Source: Octopus sinensis
Lineage: Eukaryota
Direction of reading: 5' to 3'
DNA: 64,000 nt
Assembly: GCF_006345805.1 (NCBI RefSeq)
Contig: NC_043009.1
Location: forward strand, 65,720,001 to 65,784,000
Shown: positions 25,725 to 38,650 of the stretch, in pieces
How the letters are laid out: every line of letters starts with the position of its first letter
How positions within the stretch are numbered: position 1 is the first letter of the stretch
Notes under the pieces: generated by a model
The model's input: the letters and a program-made list of their open reading frames with translations, nothing else
Databases searched by the model: none
What the model was told of the DNA's origin: nothing
Translations under genes and position numbers: made by a program

Positions 25725-26046
25725 GCGTAACTGGTACTTAATTTATCGACCCCGAAAGGATGAAAGTCGACCTCGGCGGAATTTGAACTCAGAACTTAGC
25801 GGCAGACGAAATACCTATTTCTTTATTACCCACAAGGGGCTAAACACAGAGGGGACAAGCAAGGACAGACAAACGGATTAAGTCGATTATATCGACCCCA
25901 GTGCGTAACTGGCATTTAATTTATCGACCCCGAAAGTATGAAAGGTAAAGTCGACCTCGGCGGAATTTGAACTCAGAACGTAGCGGCAGACGAAATACCG
26001 CTATGCATTTCGCCCGGCGTGCTAACGGTTCTGCCAGCTCGTCGCT
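25725..26046 (-). mobile_element. SINE family B with a partial tandem duplication of its core
   Basis: TAACTGG...GTCGACCTCGGCGGAATTTGAACTCAGAAC...CGGCAGACGAAATACC occurs twice (25727-25816 and ~25905-26000). Confidence 0.88.
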
Positions 26047-26651
26047 TTGTAATACCAGCTCTAAAAGTATCACAGTCTGTGCACTCTTTATTTCGTTTCA
26101 TTTACCTTTTGTGTGTGTGTATATGTGTATGTGTGTGTCTGTATGCGCGCGTTTGTATGCGTGTGCGCGTGCGTGCATGAGAGTGTGTCTGTATATGTAT
26201 ATGTATGTATGTGTGTATGTGTATTTAGTATAATCTGAAATGTTGATATGAGATATGCCTTCATGTATATAGCCACGGTGCTCAATGCAAAATTTAAATG
26301 TATGAATTTATTTTTATCACTGCAATTATTGGAGATTGTCTGGACTATTTTCTTCTCTCTTAGGAGACTCATCGGAAAACAAATATCCACTTGTTTTGGT
26401 CGATGGAGAAATTGATAACATAGCTATTTACATCGAGTACAAACCAGAACAAAACTAATATAGTCCTCTTAACTTTTATAGCAGTGCATTCTTTGTCTCG
26501 TGGATAATTAAATAATTCAACGATACCCTGCGTTCATTTTTATTTGGTTTTTTTTTATATAATCTGAAATCTTGATATAAGACATAACTTCATAACTACG
26601 ATTTTTAACCTCGCTACCAAAGGTGAAATAAAAAGAAAGAATATATATATA

Positions 26652-27047
26652 CTAGCAGTATCGCCCGGCGTTGCTCGGGTTTGTAAGGGAAATAACTATA
26701 AAGCATTTTTAGAGAGTAATTGCAAAAAAATAGCAAAAAAATGCATTAAAAATGGAAAAAATATGATGGTAAATTTTTTTTTAAATCGTTGACTCATCGT
26801 AGACATTTTTAGAGAGTTACTTACCTTATATTAAAAAAAATATGCATTAAAATGGAAAAAAATTATATATAAATTATTTTTAAAATCGTAGACTCATCGT
26901 AGACGCGCGCTAATACCCAGAAGGGCTCGATATGAATCACGACTATAAGATACGCGGTTTTGGTTAAACTGCACCGCAAAATGTGGGAGTAGTTAGGAAT
27001 CTAAACCGGAGTAGACAGACACACAACCATACTTTTATATATAAAGA
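26652..27047 (-). mobile_element. Non-autonomous Helitron with both termini intact
   Basis: 5' A|TCTTTATATATAAAA. 3' hairpin CCCGAGCAACGCCGGG lies 8 nt before CTAG|T. Two internal ~100-bp tandem copies. Confidence 0.9.
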
Positions 27048-27429
27048 TATATGCTTTCATTTCATAACCAGATAAAAATTATAAATATTTCTTACATTAA
27101 AATTTCAGTTGCTCCAATAATTACTACATCCTCAATTAGTCACTTAAGCTCGATGCCAAACAATGCATAGTCATATAAACTAGATTGGCTATTTTAATTA
27201 AGAATAGGTTCATTATAAATAATCATATGCTATCAATAAATCCGTGGCCAGAATGAAGCCACTTTTTTCCTTATAAATAGCAATGAAATTAGCAAAATTT
27301 CATTTTTTCTTCAATGATAAAGAAATGACGTTTGTTTACACTTCATCGCTTCATAGTGAAGCCCAAAATCTAGGCCTATTTGTATTGCATGTGTAAGTAT
27401 ATACGTCGTGGGGTTCATAACGGATAGAC

Positions 27430-27600
27430 CCGTGCAGTTGCTGAGTGGTATCCGGGAGATTGGAAAAGCTACTTGGAAGGGTCCTGCAACGAAGAGAAGA
27501 AAATCTAATTAAGCAGATTGAGTCTAGAAGGAAATGAATGGCACAAACAAGACAAAATTGGAAGCACATTGTGACCAGCGGTGTGCAACAACATCTGATG
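27430..27600 (+). mobile_element. RTE LINE 3' fragment
   Basis: Frameshifted VAEWYPGDWK...MAQTRQNWKHIV. Confidence 0.5.
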
Positions 27601-27625
27601 GCCTGGTCAATACTGTGCTTCTGTG

Positions 27626-27658
<33 letters not shown>

Positions 27659-27767
27659 CGCGTGTATCTGTGTGTGTGTGTGTGTAGATCGATAGATAGA
27701 TGTACATATGCACACGCATACATTAATACAAGCATTTATACACACATCAATCCATACACACATACAC

Positions 27768-27998
27768 AGCGGCGAGCTGGCAGAATCGTTCGCACGCTGG
27801 GCGAAATACGTAGCCGTATTTCGTCTGCCGCTACGTTCTGAGTTCAAATTCCGCCGAGGTCGACTTTGCCTTTCGTCCTTTCGGGGTCGATTAAATAAGT
27901 ACCAGTTACGCACTGGGGTCGATGTAATCGACTTAATCCGTTTGTCTGTCCTTGTTTGCCCCCTCTGTGTTTAGCCCCTTGTGGGTAATAAAGAAATA
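27768..27998 (+). mobile_element. SINE family B, young full-length copy
   Basis: Head GGCGAGCTGGCAGAATCG, B box GAGTTCAAATTCC, core GTCGACTTTGCCTTTCGTCCTTTCGGGGTCGAT, end GTGGGTAATAAAGAAATA. Confidence 0.9.
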
Positions 27999-28599
27999 CA
28001 TACACACATACACATGATGTGCTCCCAGACAGTTTCCCCTGCAAAATTTCAAACACAATGCATTAATGACGCTGAGGCTATTGCAGAAGACACTTGCTTA
28101 TGGTGCCGCACTTGCTCCAGGTGCCGCACTTGCTCCGGGTGCCACACAGCTATATTGAGACCAGAACCAAGTTGCTGTAAAATGAATTTCTCGATCAATG
28201 ATCAGTACCTTAAATATGTCTAATGACCAGATACATTAAGATTTCTCCCTTCTAACTCTTAATAGCAGCGCCCCTATGTAGTCTCTGAATCTGCTAAAAA
28301 TAACAGCCAAATTTTTCTCAAGTAACCGCCTACTGTCATCCAAGATAAGGGCTATATTGGATAATGAGTCCCTATAAAAAAAAAATAATAAAGACCACCG
28401 ATCGAATACCTTTTGATTGGGTATCTGCTTGATCAGAGCTGGCCTGAATCTAAAGAGCAACAAGTCTTATGTCCAGCAGAGATATCGCTTAGATTCCTCT
28501 TAAAGCAAAACAAAAACAAAGAAAAGCTTCAAGTAAATACCGTTGTTCTCAAAGAGCAAAAATAAAACCAACAATCTAACAATGAAATACTATACTCAT

Positions 28600-28825
28600 C
28601 TCAAGTAAACGTTGGTTTCAAAATTTAGCACAAGACCAGCAAATTCAGGGGTGCGGGAAAAGTCGTTTACATCGACCCCAGTGTGCAACTGGTACTTGTT
28701 TTATCGACCCCGAAAGAATGAGAGGCAAAATCGACTTCGGTGGAATTTGAAAGCAGAACAGAAAGCCGGAGGAACTGCTGCTAAGCATTTGCCCGGCGTG
28801 CTAACAGTTCTGCCAGCTCACCATC
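28600..28825 (-). mobile_element. SINE family B
   Basis: ATCGACCCCAGTGTGCAACTGGTACTT...TTCTGCCAGCTCACC. Confidence 0.8.
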
Positions 28826-29441
28826 TTAGACTTCAAGTAAATATTGAAATTCTGTAGAAACCCAATGCCTTAAAAAATAAATACTCTCTGACTCTAACCT
28901 TTAAACTCCCGACTCACTATAATACTGCTTTCTTTTTTCTCGAGTTCTTCAGTCACTATTATATTTCACATTGATGATCAAATGTTACAGTCTGTTCTTA
29001 CAACACACTTCATAATTCTTTATTGGAAACCAAGCAAATTCCGAATCTTGAAACCCATCGAATATCTTTCTCTTTTATGTTTAAGTACAGTTAACCTCCA
29101 ACTCTTAATCTTTTGGCTTTAATTTCCTACTTTAAACCCTCCACCACTAAAATTCCAACTCTTAACGTCAAATCTTAACCTCAAGCTCATAACTCACAGT
29201 TATTAACCATTACTGACGCTATACTTCGAATTCACTCACATTTTATGACACCAACTTCTTAAATTCTAACCAGCGCTGAATTAACCATTAAGAAAAATAA
29301 GAATATATGTGTGACAATTTGAATCACTTTCTGCTTTAGCTTCAGAGTAAAAAGACTGGACATAGAAACATATTTGAAGGACATCGCACGCAGACGCGTA
29401 TAGTGTGTGTGTGTGTCTGTGTGCGTGCGTGCGTGCGTATG

Positions 29442-29474
<33 letters not shown>

Positions 29475-30169
29475 TGTGCGTGCGTAGTTCAAATCCCACC
29501 GGGTTCAGATTCATATTTCATCTGTCAGAGAATGACAAAATAAATAGCAGTTATGTATTGTTTTGATTTGATGGATGTACTTTTGCTTTAAATATTCAAT
29601 ATGATGTTTGAGTAAGATCTATTATTTGTAACAGAAAACTAAACGCAATATTATCTCTGTATTTTTTTTTTTTTTTACTTGAACATCAAACATTTCTTTT
29701 TTGATTGTGTCAAAAGCTCTCTGTTCCTCTCTCTCTCTCTCTCTCTCTCTCTACCTCCTCCCTGAAATTCATAGCGCCCTTCGGCTTTGTTTACCTCAAA
29801 TCTTTGTCTTCTGTCATTTTCACACTGCTGCCTGGCGACCTCTTCCCATATAGATTTATTTCTACAACCCAAGGGTGAACCTCACTCTGCATCTGCATTT
29901 TTTCTGTCTCTTACTTTATTTATCTTTCTCTCTATTCCTCCTCTTCTTCTCTTTATCTTTCTCTCTGCCTGTTTATCTATCTATCTTTCTATTTATCTAT
30001 CTATCTTTCTAACAAAAGATAACAGTCCTAAATATTAGATTCTTCTCTTCTCTCTTCCAATAAACTCGTCAATTAACTAATTGTTGCTCCTCTCAAAGTG
30101 TTTGTTTTCCTTATAAAATCGTGACTTTTGCAATCCAAGGTCGGCATGGATTACGCAAACATTTAATAA

Positions 30170-31086
30170 TCATCATCATTGTCTCGACCGTGATCGAGAC
30201 AATGAAATTCACTGTTACGCCAGACTTCATGGTCCATCATAGCATTACGGAGGTCCTGTTGTTGGATGCCTGTATCCCTGGAGATTACATCAAGGTGGGA
30301 GAGTGTGCGCCCTCTGGTATCGCGAGCAGATGGTTTCCAGAGGAGAAGAGTAGAAATTACCTCGTTTTCAGCTCTACAACAATGTCCAACAAACTGGACT
30401 CTTCTACATTTCACAAGAGATGATACAGGTGGTAATTTCCCATATATTTGTACTTTGGTTGGATGACGCTTCCACGAGAGATTTTGAGCTCTCATAAGGA
30501 GGCGAGTGTAAGTTCCATCCAACCGCCTCTCAAGCTTCTTTGATAACGTCCAGGTTTCAGAGCAATATAGTAGAATTGGTTTGACTGTGGCTTTGAAGGT
30601 TTTAAGTTTGAAATCTCTACTTAGATTTGATGACCAGATCTTATGCATATCATTACAGACTGACCAGGCCATACCCTTTCCAATTAGAAATATTTTTCAG
30701 ATGATGATATGTATGACCCAAGATATTTGTAATCAGAAACCATATTTAACATCATCTTCTCAATCAAAGCCGGAATACTGCAGGGAGACACACTCGCCCC
30801 ATTTCTCTTCATCATTGTCGTTGACTATGTGCTACGTATGTCAGTTGAAACCATTTCTGGTAAGGGCTTTGAAATAAAACCTAGAAGTTCCAGACACCCA
30901 GCTGAATACTTAACAGATACTGACTTTGCTGACGATATCGCTCTTATCAGTGATAATGCCCAGTCTCTTTTACAATCTCTTGAACAAGCCTCAAATTGTG
31001 TAGGTCTTTACCTCAATGAGTCCAAGACTGAATTTGTGAACAAGTGCCTGCCCAACAATGGTTTCATCATCCATACTCTCAACAAT
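30170..31086 (-). mobile_element. RTE-clade LINE, 5'-truncated and 5'-inverted
   Basis: Minus 30752-30163: DYKYLGS...LLYCSETW...RRVQFVGHC...WR with a (GAT)n tail. Plus 30757-31086: AGILQGDTLAPFLF...TDFADDIAL. TSD ACATTTAATAA at 30159-30169 and 31087-31097. Confidence 0.93.
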
Positions 31087-31329
31087 ACATTTAATAAAAA
31101 CTGTCCGGTTTAAGACCATCCCGGTTTCTTGTTTAGACATCGTTTATCTAATATATTAAGACGGTAGGGAAATTTAAAGTAATTTGCTGACGTTTACCCT
31201 TCGCTACCACCTGACCATTTTCATTGATTTCATGTGGAGTATGGAGCTGTGTTCATAGCCTTAGGCTATCCGATTTGAACTACAGTTAACGTCATTCAAG
31301 AATAGATGAGAAGTCGACGCCTGCTGGAA

Positions 31330-31450
31330 GAAACATGCACGGGCGAAAAATTATTGAGTGCCGATGTTCTGAAGAAAAATGAACTGAATGTAGTGGTTAG
31401 TGCATTGCCTAAAGACATGGAGGGGATCAGTTGATGAAATGAGAAGCGAC
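31330..31450 (+). mobile_element. Possible RTE apurinic-endonuclease N-terminal remnant
   Basis: TCTGEKLLSADVLKKNELNV and frameshifted CLKTWRGS resemble TMTGK.RELAD.L.RR.VD..CLQETRW.G. Confidence 0.3.
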
Positions 31451-31729
31451 AAGTGAGATTCGAGTGACTGAATGACGCTCACACAAAATCAGCCAGCTTC
31501 GAAAAGCAACGAGCACTGTTGGGGAGACTGGAAAATCACAGCAAATCTGTGAGTCAAATGTCTGGGTGTGATGGAGAGTGATCCTATGCCAATCAATCGA
31601 ATGGCCACCTTCTCTCTTCTCTCTCTCACCATCCCACACTGTTATTTCCCATCGATATATTTTTTATGTAATTTACCTCTATGTAAATTAGATTCTGCCT
31701 CAACAACCTCTCATAACTCACACACATAG

Positions 31730-31817
<88 letters not shown>

Positions 31818-32064
31818 GTGTGTACCATTGCGTCTGTGTTTATTCCCTACTATCGCTTGAGAACCATGGTTGCGTTTTTGGTATAACTGGCACCCTAGAA
31901 GTTCAGCAATAGTTTAATTGTGGGCTGATGCTTTTAAAATCATTAACTGATCACTTTTGGAGTTATATAACAGTGACCAATGTGAATGTCGACTTTGAAC
32001 ATATGCATCCATTCAAATATTTTTAGCAAGGAAAATCACTTGAAGAAGAAAAGCGAAACCTGAA

Positions 32065-32285
32065 TTAATTGAATTCAAATTTGGGCACAAGGCCAGCAGT
32101 TTTGAAGGAGTGGGTAAGTCTATGGCATCGACTTCAGTGCTCGATTTGGTACGCATGTTATCGACCCTGAAAGAATGAAAGGCAAAATCAACCCCGACAA
32201 CAATTGAACATCGAACGAGAAATGGGAAGAAATGCCGCTAAGCATTTTGACCGATGCTGTAACGATTCTGACAGGTCAACGCCTT
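32065..32285 (-). mobile_element. SINE family B, degraded
   Basis: TTATCGACCCTGAAAGAATGAAAGGCAAAATC...CCGCTAAGCATTT...AACGATTCTG. Confidence 0.75.
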
Positions 32286-32435
32286 GAAATCAGAAAATAC
32301 TTAAAACCTTTCAAGTTTTGCGAAGCATTTTATTTGGAGGGGGAAAATTAACATCAAAGGGAATTTTAACGTGAGTCAATAACTTTATTCGGTATATGGA
32401 TGTGCGATGCAATTTCGTCCCAACACTTGACCACT

Positions 32436-32757
32436 TATCGGTGAGATGTCTGTGGGTAATCATTCCTTCAAAATAATGCCTTGACTGGACGCGAACCTGC
32501 TCATACTGGAGTAAAACGATTTCATTTGGATATTTGTAGAAAAGTATTTTCTCAAAATAACTTAACTGGACACAAATGTATTCATACTGGGAAAAAAAAC
32601 ATATCATTGTGATATCTGTGGGAAAGCGCTTATTCGGAATTTCAATTTAAAGGCCTATAAACGTATTCATACTAAAGAAACACAATCTCAATATGTTATC
32701 TTTGGAAAATCTTTCTCTCGAAATAATTCTTTGACTGATCACAAACGTATTCGCAGT
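32436..32757 (+). pseudogene. C2H2 zinc-finger array pseudogene (4 degenerate fingers)
   Basis: YR*DVCG*SF...HTGVKRFHLDICRKVFSQ..LTGHKCIHTG, a +1 frameshift in the A-run at 32592-32599, then YHCDICGKAL...KRIHTKE...GKSFSRNNSLTDHKRI. Confidence 0.85.
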
Positions 32758-33156
32758 AATATAGCTTGTTAATGAGAATTTGCTCATAGTCATTAGGTTT
32801 TGGGGCTAAAAAGTCACATGGTGTGTGTTGGAATTGTAATGAAAATATAAATATGTGCATATATTTCCTGATGCAAAGTGCAACGTCCCTGTTTTAAATT
32901 ATTATTCTTAATTATGAAATATTCCGAATTTGAATAATTATTTACATTCATTAAGTTTATTTTCACAAAGAATTATTGTTTATTAAATCTGAGTGATTTA
33001 TTTCTAACACAGAGACACATACACACGTATACATACATGTCTATGCGCGTATATATATATATATATACGCACATATACACATACACACTCGCGTGTATAT
33101 ATATATATTTTCCGTGTTAATTGTAAACAAGGGAAAAATAATCTCTCTCTCTCTCG

Positions 33157-33190
<34 letters not shown>

Positions 33191-33389
33191 ACATCGTCAT
33201 CATCATTGAACATCATCATACAATTATTCATATTTTGTAATATCCTGCCTCGTGAGTTCTCTATTTTCTGGCAAGATAGTCACAATAACGGTACGTAGTT
33301 ATGTGCACAGTTGTAACATTTAAACAAATAAATAAACGACAAAACAATATATATTATCTAATTAAAGTTTCACTAAATCGTAATTAATA

Positions 33390-33510
33390 ATTCGTACTTT
33401 TGTACTCATCAGCAAAGAAGATAAGGAACATAAAGTACATCTCCAAAATATGGGTGAATTTAGGCCAATTTCAGCCCCGTGTGCAATATTCCGAAAGAAG
33501 GTGTCATATA
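33390..33510 (+). mobile_element. Possible LINE RT domain 1-2 remnant
   Basis: VLISKEDK...GEFRPISAPCAIFRK resembles LIPK....YRPISL...YK; truncated by a SINE at ~33605. Confidence 0.3.
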
Positions 33511-33604
33511 AATCTATAGATCTAAGTAACGAAGATGTCGACAAAATACACATGTATAGGATGGTAGATACGATTTCTTTCGGAATAGGTATATTTTTCA
33601 AGGT

Positions 33605-33975
33605 AGGTGCAGTCGTGGCTGTGTGGCAAGAAGTTTGCTTCCCGAACACATAGTTCCAGGCTCAGTCCCACAAAGTGGCACCTTGGGCAAGTGTTTTCTA
33701 CTGTAGCCTCGGACCGACCAAAACCTTAAGAGTGAATGTGGTAATGTGTGTATGTGTGTGTGTACATCTATACGTGTGTGTGTTTGTCCCCCACTTCTGC
33801 TTGATAACCGGTGTTGGTGTATTTACGTCCCCGTAACCAAGATATTCGACAAAAGAGATCGGTTGACTAAGTCCCAGATTTCAAGAAAATAGGTGCTGGG
33901 GTTGATTCATTCGACACCTCATGGCGGTGCTCCGGCATGGTCGCAGCCTAATGACTGAAATATGTAAAAGATAGT
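33605..33975 (+). mobile_element. SINE family A
   Basis: GTGGCTGTGTGGCAAGAAG head, internal TG repeat, tail GGCGGTGCTCCGGCATGG...ATGACTGAAA. Confidence 0.85.
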
Positions 33976-35745
33976 AAAAGATGAAAGGTGTTCAAATTCC
34001 CATTTAAGGGACTTTAAAAGATCAGTTTTAACGTCCAGCTAGTATAATACCCTAGCAATTCATTGTATAAAGATTTCATAAGAGTGCTCTTGAATATGAC
34101 AAATTAGTCATATGGGGGCTATGAAAATATGAAAACCTACATTTAAATATAATGGTCAATGCTAGATATTAATACACGAGCCCATTTACAAATACATAAA
34201 CACCTACGTGCGCACACTTTTAAATATATACCTGTGCACACATACATAGACACACACACACACGCACACACATACACACACGCACACACACACATATATA
34301 TACATATAGGGAGAATTCACAAAAAAAAAACAAAAGACGAAGACAGGTGGCGTAAACAACAAATACATATACATATATTTATACATGCTGGGCCACTGGT
34401 GGTGATATTTATAACGAATATTCGCCACCCTATATATGTATCTTATATATCTATATATAATCAAATTAAGCAACAGGATATCAAGTAGTGAAGCGGTACG
34501 ACCGTTTCAAGCGGTTCTATTTAATTGAACAATGCAATCATTACTTCAGTTTAAATGCAGTACCATCTTCAGCTGCACAAATAAATAATTGAATTTTAAC
34601 AAGTAGGACTCATTAATATAATTTTTCGCAAATATTTTAACAGAGCAAGAAGATACAAGAAATTCAACTTTTCGCTATTGTAGCTAAGATTAGACTACGA
34701 CTTTTAAGAATCGCATGGAGCATAGTGGAGTTATAGGGTTGTAAGGGATTGTAATTCATTTCTGATCCATTTATCTCTTTATCAGCTACTAAACCTAAGA
34801 CTAGAAGACTGTCTATTTTGAATAAAGGACAAGAGAGAGTTGACATCACATGGTTAGGTAGGGTCATAAATATCATGTGTCCCTCTTCCCCAGGGAGGAT
34901 ATAAGACATTAAGAGTAGTCAGTAACTGTCTATAAAAAGAGGCAGGTTAGGGTAGACTTTAAATCATGATGTTAATTACCAGTTAAAGGGGCAAGACGCT
35001 AAGAAACTTAAGATGTTAATACAGAAGAAATTTTATTTAGGGACACTATGGGTGATTGTTTATAAACAATATTGTTATGATGTATAAAAATAGAATTTAA
35101 GAATTTCAAAAATGATATCATAACCAAAATAGATAAAAGGTGTGTATATATCAATTATAAATATTAAAAAGGAAGATTACATAGAATTAGTTTAATATTC
35201 ATTCATTTACTTAATTACTTATTAGGTGGTTTCTATAAAGACTGCTCGGGGCATGTGGGAATAACTTTGAATAACTGGAAATATATACATTTTATCTATT
35301 AATTTTAAGCCATGAATCAGAAAAATGTAAAAATGCATACAGATGCACACACATTTATATATGTGCATATATGCATTTATGCACATACACAAATATTTAT
35401 ATGGATATAGTATAAATATCTCGCATAGACGTAACTGAAAAATAATTATTTAAGAACAAGAAAAATAACAGTTTAACAGGATAAAAGTTTAATTGGTAAG
35501 GATATCATAATAAGAAAACAAAATAAAATACAATAACACCTCTAACATCACAACTTATAAAATCTCTTCGGTCTGAATACCTTTAAGTGCTCTCACTACT
35601 CTTCCATACCTTTACCCACTCTTTTCGAGTTGCTTATTTTGATTCTATCCCCTTACTTCGGGCTATGCGGTTAATGCGGAATGACTTGGCGCTTCAACTT
35701 AAGCATCTAATTCAACTGAATCTCAATAATATATATATATATAAT

Positions 35746-35804
<59 letters not shown>

Positions 35805-36816
35805 TTTGCAAAGTATAATAAGTGTTTTCACGAATGTACTAAAGAGATTTGCTCTGATATTCTCGTTTAAATATGAATAGGTAAATTCGGGCGGTTTGGT
35901 AACGAAAGGGTAAACGGATGCATACATTTATTAATCTCTTATTATATATAACTATATATAAGTGTCGTCTGTGTATACATAAACACTGTTTCATACTGAA
36001 ATTATATACATATATCTATATATAATATTATATAATAAAATTATATACAGAGTAAAATAAAAACCAATTTACCTTTTCTGTATTGTTATAGCAATTCCAC
36101 CGTCCGTGTGTCTTTGCAAATGTGTTGGAATGATAAGTGAGTTGTGTTTTGGCGCCTTTTTTACTAATAACAAACACACACGTGTTTGTATGTAGTTGTT
36201 TGAAACGTTTGTGTTTCCACTCTCATATATGTATGTGTATGCGTGTGTGTGAGGAATGACACACACACACACTCACGCACGCACACATGTACATCAATGC
36301 TTTCGGAGTGATATGTTAAAATATTGAGTTTTCTCGAATTTTGTCTTAATTGGTGGTAAAATTGAAAGAAATTTTTTATGCCATCACCCACTGAAGTACT
36401 CTGAAAAATCATGGGTACACTCTAATTGAAGAAATTGTGTGAGGAGTAAATCGTTATGTATTTATTTGTTTCTGTTTGCTGTGTTCTTTTATTTTTTGAG
36501 TAGTGTTTAAATACTTTCAGTTTAGTCTTCCTCAAATCACTCTGTCGCTATTTACTTTCATTTTATTCGTTGCACACTGTGTGTGTGCGTATGCGTGTGG
36601 TGTAAACCACATTAAGAAAAGCATTTGACATACACACCAGAATGTGAGTTTTCTGTAAATTTTGCTTAATTGGAGTTTAAATTTTAAAAACTGGACCTGG
36701 CATGACCGATGCATTCTACTCTTAAAAATGCTAGGTAAATTGTAATTGAAGAAATCCTATATTGTAGATTTCTATAAGTTACAAAGGGAGGCAGATAAAA
36801 TCTGCCTTTTATAATA

Positions 36817-36856
<40 letters not shown>

Positions 36857-36876
36857 GTGTGTGTGTGTCTATCCAT

Positions 36877-38202
36877 AAAAATGTTTCAACCCGAAAGCTG
36901 CGGTCATGCTGGGGCACCACCGTTGATTGTGCTACACTAGTATGTGAATCCCTCTCTGATATGTGGCACTTGGTCCACAAGGGAGTTCGACGCCGCATCC
37001 CGCATGTGTGTTTCCTGCCGAGAGGTAAGTTCATCTGGAACCCCTGGCAAGAAGAGATCCAGTTTACTTTTAAAGAAACCCACATCCACACCATGAAGGT
37101 CTCTCAGGCATTTAGGAAGGATATTGAAGAGATGTGGTCCCCTGAAATCCAAGCTGTTGTAGTATCTGGTCCTGTATTTTGATGGTGATGTTGGGATCTT
37201 TGGCACCATGCAGTAGCGCCCCGTTCTGCCGTTGGGGTAATTTTCAATGCCAAAATTTGGGACAAGGCCCTCCAGGATTTTCCAGATGTATATCACTGAA
37301 TATCTCTCCCGCCTTCGCTCCAGGGTGAAGAGTTTTAATACTTTCAGTCTTTCTCAGTAGCTGATATGTTGCATTGAGACGATCTTCTTAGTGTAGTTTC
37401 GTTGGACTGCTTCGAGTTCTGCTATTAACTTTATATTATGTGGTGACCATAGTTGGGAGGAGTAGTCCAAGCGGCTGAGGACGAATGTTTTCCAAAGGAC
37501 CATCAGTGTCTTCTTTTCTTTTGTTCTGAAAGTTCGGAGGATCCATCCAGCTAGCCGTCTGCATTTTGTTACCAAATTGGAAAGATGCATCATTGCTCAT
37601 GTCAATGCCCAGGTCACGTACTGATTTTGACTCAGAAATTGCAATTCTTCCCGGGCCAGTTTATCTGGTCTGCATGTCGTTCAGCTTTGTGTGCTGGTAG
37701 CGCAGGGCCTGGAACTTCCCTGAATTAAACTGCATGCTGTAGTCCTCAGCCCACCTGTATATTGTATTCTACTCCCGTTGCAGATGTGCAATATTACCAG
37801 GGTTTTGTATTGTCTGAGAGACTTTGTGTCATCTGCATAGCTAGCAAGGGAGGCCATCTTAGCAACTGATGGCATGTCTGAAAGGGCTACTATGAACAGC
37901 AGTGGCCCCAAGACAGTGCCCTGTGGAACACCACTTGTTATTTGTGTTTCCTTGGAGGTGGCTCCATTGGCCACCACTGCCTGCCTTCTATCTTTTATGA
38001 AGTTGTGCAGCCACTCTCCAAGTTTTCCGCCTATGCCGAGATCACGCAGTTTGTGACAGATCATACCATCATCGACTTTATCAAAGGCTTTTGCAAAGTC
38101 GAAATATATCACATCTACATTTGAGCCATTTAGTAGCTGCTTTAACACCAAGTCATAGTGTTGCAGGAGCTGTGTTAAACAGCTTCTACCTGGTCGAAAT
38201 CC
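36877..38202 (-). mobile_element. CR1-clade LINE, 5'-truncated (RT through the 3' end)
   Basis: GFRPGRSCLTQLL, DVIYFDFAKAFDKVD, SGVPQGTVLGPLLF, YADDTK, SRLDYSSQLWSP, LEAVQR, TLERRRER, LFNILPK; tail GGTGCCCCAGCATGACCGCAGC. Confidence 0.93.
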
Positions 38203-38414
38203 AGGTAGAAAATCCAGCTATGAAAATGACCGTTTTGTTTAACGGTCATTTTCATAGCATTTTTTCCGATGGCCGCATAACTGAGGAGATGGCGGCGTGG
38301 ATTTCCACCCCGACATCCAAAACTCGGAGTTTTATCATGGCTACCGAATAATTGTCACATATTGCATTTACATATATATATATATATATATATCACAACA
38401 CATGCCCACAGCTT

Positions 38415-38650
38415 TTTAATATCTTGCCAAAATCTTGAGAGATTTACATCGAGTTGGAAATGATGTTTGCAAGCAGCAACTTGGCCTTCTGCTGACTAAG
38501 ATCCCAGATGAACCGACAAGAAACTCAAACGAGGATAGCAATATCAAACTGCCCTCGTTCAACAAAAGCCGACCACATAGGAATGTCTTATGAAAAGTGA
38601 TTGATACTGGCAGTGCCCCAGCATGGACACAGTCTTTAGGGTAAAGCACA
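38415..38650 (+). mobile_element. Second CR1 3' fragment
   Basis: NILPKSLRDLHRVG...KIPDEPT followed by the tail GTGCCCCAGCATGG. Confidence 0.7.
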
